Of a DNA stretch of 14,322 bases, positions 7,189 to 14,322 are shown piece by piece. Origin of the DNA: Azolla caroliniana (taxonomy: Eukaryota; Plantae; Polypodiophyta). The position numbers and the translations under genes are program-made. The stretch is taken from positions 1 through 14,322 of the forward strand of contig JBHGNT010000879.1 of assembly GCA_043228905.1 (NCBI GenBank). Direction: 5' to 3'. Each line of letters opens with the position of its first letter. Positions within the stretch are counted from its first letter, which is position 1. A model generated the notes under the pieces. It worked only from the letters and a program-made list of their open reading frames with translations. It did not search any database and had not been told where the DNA came from.

Positions 7189-9600
7189 CTTTGTGACAAA
7201 CATAGAAAGTCAGTACCATGCCATCCACCAAGCAAAGGAACCAAGCCATATTCAATGTAACTATTATAACATATGAACCCATGTACAAAGGTAAATCTCA
7301 CAGCACTGTGAGATGATGATCATTACCTTTCTTCAGGTGTAAGGCTTGAATATATCTTCTTTCCTGGATCTGGCAAATCTCTATGGTTGGAATGTGCCGA
7401 ATTCCTTTGTCTCTTAGGTGGTGGTGAGTGAGAACGAGGAGACCTTGAAGTCGATACATGCCTTTGCCGTCTCGGAGGTGGTGAATCAATGCTTGGAGAA
7501 GACCTTGACCGCCTCCAAGACTTTGACCTTGACCTTGACCTTGACCTTGCAGGTGATCTAGAGTATCTTTGAGACTGAGGTAGAGGAGATGGCGAGCTAC
7601 AGCAACATTACAACCTATATGACTCACATTGCTCTGTAATGTTATGAAATTAACTGAGGGAAACTCCACATAAAACATACCGCAATCTCTCCTGTTTACT
7701 AGGAGACTTTGTTTGCTCATCTGGGGAATACGACCTTCTATCAGATATGGAATGCCTTCCACGGTTTCTATCAATCTTTCCCTGCCCAACTTCTACTGGA
7801 GATGCATCTACAAAGCCATTCGGTGAACGATCTCTATCCCTCCTATGTGCATCTGGAGAGATTGATCCATACCTCCCTCTTCTAGAAGAACCATCGTTAG
7901 ACCTGTTGAGATATATATATATACAAACTATAGGCATACATCATTTTCATGTTGGAGAAAGTTATATACTGAATTCAAGTTATACCTTGAATAACGTCCT
8001 TTCCTTGGAGATGGGGAGCGATAGCGTGGAGGTGTGTAGCCTACAGAGGAAGTAAATTTGATAAGATATTACACACAAACTCCGTTTTCCAAAATAAAAA
8101 CACAAACTTCACTTATGCATAACTGAAATTTCTTACCATGATCAGGTGATCTCCTACCATCGTAGCCCATTCGACCCCTAAAACAAAAGAAAGAGGTATG
8201 AAGCTCAAATAGCACATATAACTGTCTCAAAAGGGTGCTGAACAAGGGTATTTTGGATTTTTGTCTAAAAACATATCACAATTTATGCAGCACATCTAAT
8301 GTAGGACACTAACCTTCCCCGTTCCTTCATTCGCATTTCTTCAGGCTTCTTCCTATTCTCTTCTGCAAAAACAACCATGATTTCGCGTCCATTAAACATT
8401 CTCCTGTCCATGTATTTCTTAGCTTCTGCAGCATCAAAAGGGTTCAAAAACTGCACAAACCCAAAGCCTCGAGGCTCCCTGCATCAGAATTGACAGAAAA
8501 TGCACTTCATCAATAATGGGAATCAGGATAAAAATAGTGAACAGTGAATTCAATACAGCCTTTAACTGTAGAAAATCATCGTAAACTCATAGAAGATCTG
8601 GGGATTTCATTCGCAAAAACCTCTTGTGCAGCACCATGACTCTCGAATGATATTTACCCACAGATCAAACAATATTTCTAAAATTTCTAATCAGAAGATA
8701 TTCGTATGCTTCACACATACAAAAGGTGCCAAGCCCTTGGGCTGCTAACCTTATCATGAAGACAAAATTGCTCGACTTCAAAATCTTCACTTCAAATAAA
8801 TGTAAAGGACTTCACAATCTTCACTTCGTTAGAGACAATAATCAGTTGAGCTAAACTTTGCTCCACTTTATACATCTTCTCTTTAAGCATCTGGAAAATA
8901 TCTTCATCTTAACTTTTCTTCAAATCTTTATCTCTTGAGGGATCCGGAAATGTTTACTCTTTGATACACTCATCTACAGCCTCAAAGAACCCACAAAGTT
9001 AGGTAATAAATTGTATGAGGCAAGAGTAGCGAAAGGTTCTATACTAAGGTTCAATAAATCTATATGTCGTGAAATGGACATAAATGGAAATTAATAGATG
9101 ACTTCACACAAGCAACAAACGACCCAAAAGACAAAAGAACATTTATACTTTGTAAAGAACCTCTTAAGAAGTATTCATATCTTCGTGTTATTGTAACCAA
9201 AAAAGACATCATTTAAGAAGCAAAATACAATTTGTATACATGCAATAGAAACAGCATGAATGGAAATCTTTACTTACCCAGTATGGAAATCTCTTGGAAG
9301 ATATACATCTCTAACCCGTCCGAATTGCTCAAACGGTACCCGTAAATCTTCAGGTCTACAAATTTGAAATTTTTGAGGATACAAATGGTGAGCTCTCATT
9401 CGAAGAACTTGCTGAACTTATCCAAAAAAAATAGAACCACTTGATTTGATTTTAGGAAACCTGCTGCCTTTTGGAATATTCCGAACAAGAAGACCACAAG
9501 GTGCATCCCTATATCCTCCATAGCGTCCTCGAGGAGGACTTCTATCTCGTCCACCATAGCCCCTTCTTGGTGGGCTATAACTAGGACTTCGTCGCCTCAT
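7155..9600 (-). CDS. SCL: SC35-like (SCL subfamily) SR splicing factor; join complement(9461-9600, 9278-9355, 8314-8478, 8137-8177, 7986-8040, 7681-7902, 7327-7596, 7155-7188), ~334 aa
   Basis: All introns are GT-AG with consistent phases, totalling 1005 nt. The protein has an N-terminal RS/SP extension (MRRRSPSYSPPRRGYGG), an RRM (LLVRNIP...[37 protein letters not shown]...GREIMVVFAEENRKKPEEMR) and a long RS/SP tail. It resembles Arabidopsis SCL30/SCL30A/SCL33; the exact orthologue is not assignable by eye. Confidence 0.92.
7327..7596 (-). CDS. SCL: SCL coding exon 7 (SPSPLPQSQRYSRSPARSRSRSRSKS...LTPEE)
   Basis: Acceptor gctgtAG; RS dipeptide run; donor ag|GTAATG (read-through gives AGG TAA). 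Confidence 0.85.
7681..7902 (-). CDS. SCL: SCL coding exon 6 (SNDGSSRRGRYGSISPD...SPSKQERL)
   Basis: Acceptor ctcaacAG and donor cg|GTATGT; same frame as ORF 7650..7937. Confidence 0.85.
7986..8040 (-). CDS. SCL: SCL coding exon 5 (YTPPRYRSPSPRKGRYS)
   Basis: Acceptor cctctgtAG and donor ag|GTATAA; 55 nt. Confidence 0.82.
8137..8177 (-). CDS. SCL: SCL coding exon 4 (GRMGYDGRRSPDH)
   Basis: Acceptor ttttgttttAG and donor g|GTAAGA; 41 nt, phase-consistent. Confidence 0.82.
8314..8478 (-). CDS. SCL: SCL coding exon 3 (RNP1 [10 protein letters not shown]...EENRKKPEEMRMKERG)
   Basis: Acceptor gatgcAG and donor ag|GTTAGT; 165 nt. Confidence 0.92.
8750..8973 (-). other. Candidate alternative (poison) cassette exon in the long RRM intron of SCL
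   Basis: Acceptor gttctttgaggctgtAG|ATGA and donor gataag|GTTAGC. Inclusion gives GG|A TGA (immediate stop). The body is purine- and GAAG-rich. Confidence 0.65.
9278..9355 (-). CDS. SCL: SCL coding exon 2 ([26 protein letters not shown])
   Basis: Acceptor tttgtAG and donor gg|GTAAGT; 78 nt of RRM sequence absent from the ORF track. Confidence 0.92.
9461..9600 (-). CDS. SCL: SCL coding exon 1 (MRRRSPSYSPP...LLVRNIPKGSR)
   Basis: ATG at 9600-9598, one base after the acceptor tgtctttAG|g; donor ag|GTTTCC at 9460. Confidence 0.9.
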
Positions 9601-10512
9601 CCTAAAGACATTCAAACCAGCAATCATTAGTGCAACAAAAATTATAACGTTACCTGTAGAGACTAATATCTGTTCAACAGTCAAGTGATTTTGACTAAAA
9701 AAAATGAATCCTAGCATAAACTGACCCATCTCCAAAGAGGTCTAGCCTCTTCTTCTCCAGAAAGAAATGTTAGTGTCAAGGATAGTGCCTTCAAGCTATA
9801 CAAGTATAGCTCAAAATGGAAGACTGGGTAGAGTTATATCCAACATGCTCGTCAGGTTTGCATCCATAGATTACAAGTTGTTCCTTACATAGCATTCAAA
9901 ATCTTAAACCTAAACCTCTAATATTTCTAGAACTAAACCTTCTATAAGATTCTTTTAAATGTTTGTGCTACTTTATTAAAATTTCTGACTGAGAAATTGT
10001 AATAAGGAGCCAATATCAGATACAAATACAAATCAGTTCTACAAATTTCCAGCAAATCTGTGATATTTTGTATTTCATTCAAATTCCCATTAAATGTGTA
10101 AGTTTTCCTCATAATAGCAAATGAAACTCGGTCCAGTTGGCTGAGAAAAAAGAGTACTAAGCATCAGAGAAACACAAAGCGTGTATAAGTTTTTTCAGGA
10201 ACACAATACAGTGATGAGATACACTCTACCAAACAGGAAAGCCACGAACGAACCAACTTGATCTGCAGGAATGACCAAGGAAGAGACACCCTAATCCCTA
10301 AGGCCTGAAACTCTAAAACCGAAAGAATAACGGTAAAACTCGGGGATTAAAAGCACCGCGGCGAGCGACAGAAACCTTGGGCGTGGAGTGGCGTCGGCAT
10401 GACAGGAATCTCTACCACAGGCGCACACACACACCAAAGGAGAAAAGAAAAAGGGAAGAAAGAAAACTGACGAATTCGAATACGAGAGAAAGAGAGAGAT
10501 AGAGAGACTTAC

Positions 10513-10680
10513 CGGTGGCGCGACTGATGCAGAGATAGTATAGCTCCAAGAGACAGACAGACAGAGAAGGAGAGATGCAATGTTTCTTTCTTCTTCTTCT
10601 TCTTCTTCTTCTTCTTTCTTCTTTCTTCTTCTTCTTCTGTCTTCTTCTGTCTTCTTCTTCACACAAAACCCTTCCTTCCC
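10513..10680 (-). other. Probable first (non-coding 5'UTR) exon of SCL; upstream boundary approximate
   Basis: Consensus donor ccg|GTAAGT at 10512-10507, followed on the minus strand by a CT-rich intron start. A matching acceptor at 9603-9602 lies directly before the ATG. Confidence 0.6.
10584..10660. repeat. Imperfect (CTT)n / (GAA)n microsatellite in the SCL 5' leader region
   Basis: About 75 bp of ttc/ctt triplets with ctttc and ctgt interruptions. Confidence 0.9.
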
Positions 10681-10734
10681 AACCCAAACACCAAAAATAT
10701 AAAATGTAAAGAAGAAAGGAAGAAGCTTTTCTGG

Positions 10735-11425
10735 TTTTTATGTACATATATTTGTTTGTTTTGTGCTGTTAATCTCAATTATTTGTTTTTTTATGTACAT
10801 ATATTTGTTTGTTTGGTGTTGTTAATCTCAATTATGTGCTTTTTTATGTACATATATTTGTTTGTTTGGTGTTGTTAATCTCAATTATGTGTTTTTTTAT
10901 GTACATATATTTGTTTGTTTGGTGTTGTTAATCTCAATTATGTGCTTTTTTATGTACATATATTTGTTTGTTTGGTGTTGTTAATCTCAATTATGTGCTT
11001 TTTTATGTACATATATTTGTTTGTTTGGTGTTGTTAATCTCAATTATGTGCTTTTTTATGTACATATATTTGTTTGTTTGGTGTTGTTAATCTCAATTAT
11101 GTGTTTTTTTATGTACATATATTTGTTTGTTTGGTGTTGTTAATCTCAATTATGTGCTTTTTTATGTACATATATTTGTTTGTTTGGTGTTGTTAATCTC
11201 AATTATGTGCTTTTTTATGTACATATATTTGATTGTTTGGTGTTGTTAATCTCAATTATGTGCTTTTTTATGTACATATATTTGTTTGTTTGGTGTTGTT
11301 AATCTCAATTATGTGCTTTTTTAATGTACATATATTTGTTTGTTTGTGTTGTTAATCTCAATTATGTGTTTTTTTATGTACCTATATTTGTTTGTTTGTG
11401 TTGTTAATCTCAAGTATGTGTTTTT
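10735..11425. repeat. Minisatellite: 13 tandem copies of a 53-bp unit
   Basis: Unit atgtacatatatttgtttgtttggtgttgttaatctcaattatgtgYtttttt starts at 10740, 10793, 10846, 10899, 10952, 11005, 11058, 11111, 11164, 11217, 11270, 11324 and 11376. Central copies are near-identical; terminal copies are diverged. Confidence 0.97.
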
Positions 11426-11550
11426 CGTGAGTATGTCACACACAGAGAAAGACATAGATAGATTGTTTAATCAAGTCTTCGGCCATCGATCATATGTATC
11501 AGACCAAAACATATTACATCTTCACGTAAAATTCATGTGAAACTGAGTCG

Positions 11551-11553
<3 letters not shown>

Positions 11554-11607
<54 letters not shown>
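11554..11607. repeat. (CT)27 microsatellite
   Basis: Uninterrupted CT dinucleotides. Confidence 0.97.
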
Positions 11608-11609
<2 letters not shown>

Positions 11610-12049
11610 GTTCAAGAACTCCACCAATGAATGTTGCAATCGAGAGCACACATTGCTGACTAACTGTGAGAGAATTTCGTCCAACGATTGGATTTGGTCA
11701 AAGACGTATGGAAAATATTGTTGAAATGTGATCATAGGCTGAAGATTGTATTCAACGTATGATATTGCGGCGTAGTCGACTACTATTGTCATCACTTGTG
11801 TCTCAACACCCTATCTTCACATCATCATCATGTGTGTGAGCTAAGTTGCATGGAAGCTATGGTTCAGATGGCTGACAAGAAGAAGATGGACTCTAACATG
11901 CATCAATGTGTGTGGTTTCCCTGTTTGGCAAATAATCTGGTTTTCTAATTAGTTGCAACATATGTGGTAGTAGTAGTAGTATATGTGAAACATGAGCCTC
12001 CACATTTTTCCCATGTGATTATACATTGGCAGGCAAAAATATCTCATTT

Positions 12050-14322
12050 ATTGAAGAATCTAATGATGCATCATGAAGCAAGTGTGTTGCATCCCATCTT
12101 CCGAACCATTTTTTCACATCTTGCATCCCAATAGAACACAAAAATTTGAACTTTATGATGTATTCAACAACCCTTTCCATGGTCATGATCTCAATTGGAA
12201 GTGAGCCCTCTCAAGAAGCTGAGGGTGCCTGCCAATTTGTTTCTGGACTTGGAGAAACGTTGTTAAGGAAATGCTTTTGGACATTTTTAAATTCGTTTCA
12301 AGTGGACTTAGGGATGGTATAGCCCCACATTTCCATAACCATAGAGAATCATGGGTGTCACCAAAGTGTCAAAAGGTATTTCTTGACGACCCAACTCTTA
12401 ATTTCTCGATGATAGCACATGTCATTAAATGCATAACAAGCTCCCTTTCTTGTCTCTAAGCAACAGATAGCACACTCATTCCATCTATGATTTGAAGGAA
12501 CTTCAATGCCAAGGCATAATTTCAAGTGGCTCATTATTGCACATAATGCATGGTTTATCTTCTTTTTTTGTTTTTCACAAGTAAATCTTTGTTTTAGAGC
12601 TATTGACATTTAACTTAATATACATGCAAAATTCTTCCAATACTTTTATAAGCTTTTGTGCATCTCCTAAAATATTTGCAAAAAACACTACATCATTCGC
12701 ATATATCAAAAGCATGATTACTACATTCCCAAAGCCTATGAGTTTCAATTCATGGCAATCCTTATAGCTACATCAGTCACAAATTGCTCATAGCTTCATG
12801 ACAATCCTTATCAAGGTATGTATTTGGTTGAAAAGCAATCGTTTGTACATGAGAAATGACTTTTTTGAAAGCTTCCCCTATACATTCTAATGTGGCACCA
12901 TGTTGTATCTTTGTCATTTGTAACATCTCCTCAACAATCTTTGAATACATGGGTGCTCATTTAAGGTTTATGTTAAATGCAATTTTTTATTACTGTCACT
13001 AGGTTTCTCACACTCCAACATTTTCATACATTTGAGGTCAATACATAAAGTCCTATGATCATATGCTTGTGTCTGTTTACCAAGTGAGAATGTGTATGCA
13101 ATCTAAGATACATTCAGAAAGAAACATATAGTCAATCATACTATTTCCATTGTGTTTTCTACATGTAAAATCATTGGTATAAGACTATTTGTAATTAGCA
13201 TTATGGTAATATAACACATTTGTCACAATAATTTCCCAAATTGATCATGATATTTTTCATCAATAAAAGAGTTATTATACGTTTGTATATCCCCTTACAT
13301 CAAGTTACAATATTCATGTATGAGATTCATTTCACCAAAGACAATAACTTCTCCCCTAGCTTTTTAATAAGCAAGATTTTGTTTTAATCCAAACAAGCAT
13401 AGAAATTAAAATCTTCACGAGGAATATGGCGTCCAACTACAAAAAGGGCCATATCATTTGGTGTTTCAATTTTAAGCCATATGTAACATTAATGTTCATC
13501 ATTTTTTATGATCAACACATATTTCTCTAATTTTCTCTTCATCAAATATGTCATTGTCTCCTTCTCCTCTTCATTGTCTTGTATTTTTCAACCATATCAA
13601 GGAGTGTATGTTGTAGTTGCCCAAACCTTGAATCCTTATATCATTCTCCCATGTTTGTTTCAACAAGAAGTACGATATCCATTCATTAGTAAACTCCTTT
13701 ATCCCACTTTGAATGGGTATCCATTAATTCCAAAAGTATAGACGTTGAAAATGTGAATTTCTCCTGTAGGTCACGTGTCCTTATTTGCCCACTTTCTGTC
13801 TTTGAGCAAATCCTTAACCTTGTTTTTAAATTTTGTTTCATATGTTTTACAATAGGCATTTTGTTGTGAGAGTTCAATCCTCATTCACAAAGCATTGTGT
13901 ACCTTTGAGGTACAACCAAGTATGTTCCTTCTCTTTGTATCATTGGCCATTGTGCATACAATGTGCCTTTCTCCCAAACAAGCAACACCATGTTTTTCCC
14001 AACTTGATGTGCGCCATACACACTCAAATCTGACACACCATAATGCATAGTAATGAAATCATTGATGACCTCCTAGAGGAATGTGAGTGTGTCCACACTC
14101 TTTTATGTAATCCCACATATGACAATATTCTTTGATCTCCATTCACGTTCTTTTAATTTTTGGACATTTATACTTCCCAAATTCTTTTCTTGATTCATCA
14201 CATACATAATAGTCGAGTTAGAGACTATATCCCCACAACATACAATAGCTTGTGCATACATTTTTCCGTTTCTTTTAGTTCAATCATGTCGAAACATTCA
14301 TTTGTTTCAAATGAAGCATGCT
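12050..14322 (-). mobile_element. Decayed non-LTR retrotransposon (LINE with ORF1, APE endonuclease and RT remnants), frameshifted and internally deleted; boundaries approximate
   Basis: Minus-strand fragments occur in canonical order. ORF1-like: KLKEREWRSKNIVICGI (~14105-14158) and FVNED (~13880). APE motifs: MDIVLLVET (~13670), YIWLKIE, GEVIVFGEMN (~13340), FTCRKHNGNSMIDYMFLS (~13115-13170) and YDHRTL (~13050). RT: LLIYANDVVFFANILGDAQKLIKVLEEFCMYIKLNVNSSKTKI (~12585-12715; YADD decayed to YAND). Confidence 0.85.

Noticed and set aside
7298-8055. ORFs 7298..7789 (-; QGQGQG repeat) and 7747..8055 (+)
   Set aside because: Off-frame or antisense readings of SCL RS exons; the QG repeat is the RSRS run read in another frame
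28-9600. ABCB + GLP + SCL as a functional gene cluster (e.g. auxin transport plus auxin-binding germin)
   Set aside because: Adjacency alone is no evidence in a plant genome, and no shared regulatory signature is visible; conserved synteny and co-expression data would be needed
9601-9735. Hydrophobic N-terminal extension of ORF 9418..9735 (possible membrane anchor on the SR protein)
   Set aside because: The ORF-track start at 9735 is TTG, the stretch is U-rich intron sequence, and an acceptor AG lies immediately before the MRRRSP ATG
10291-10747. Charged low-complexity ORFs (poly-E/K/R)
   Set aside because: Artefacts of the (GAA)n microsatellite and the CT-rich intron start
10735-11425. CRISPR-like array
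   Set aside because: The units are head-to-tail with no unique spacers, there are no cas genes, and the context is eukaryotic; it is a minisatellite
11340-11795. ORFs 11340..11540 and 11514..11795 (ERERER)
   Set aside because: Translations of the minisatellite end and the (CT)27 tract
12271-14033. Five short ORFs as independent genes
   Set aside because: They lie within the decayed LINE and are off-frame or antisense fragments

Overview
AT-rich, intron-containing land-plant nuclear DNA; a fern or other non-seed plant is a guess, not shown. The window holds three genes and one element relic. (1) The last coding exon of a full-size ABCB transporter of the ABCB6/ABCB20 type (+, 28-1257). (2) An intronless germin-like protein (+, 3937-4656), preceded by a site-II motif and degenerate telomere-type repeats. 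(3) A manually reconstructed 8-coding-exon SC35-like (SCL) SR splicing factor (-, 9600->7155, ~334 aa) with a 5'UTR intron. (4) A decayed, internally deleted LINE (-, ~12050-14322) with ORF1, APE endonuclease and RT remnants. A 13 x 53-bp tandem array and a (CT)27 microsatellite lie upstream of the SCL gene. The strongest hidden signal is a candidate 224-nt poison cassette exon (8750-8973, -) in the long RRM intron of the SCL gene. It makes an immediate stop codon and carries duplicated GAAG-rich motifs, consistent with splicing/NMD autoregulation known in plant SCL genes. I see no evidence of a wholly new multi-gene system. All splice models are read from sequence alone.
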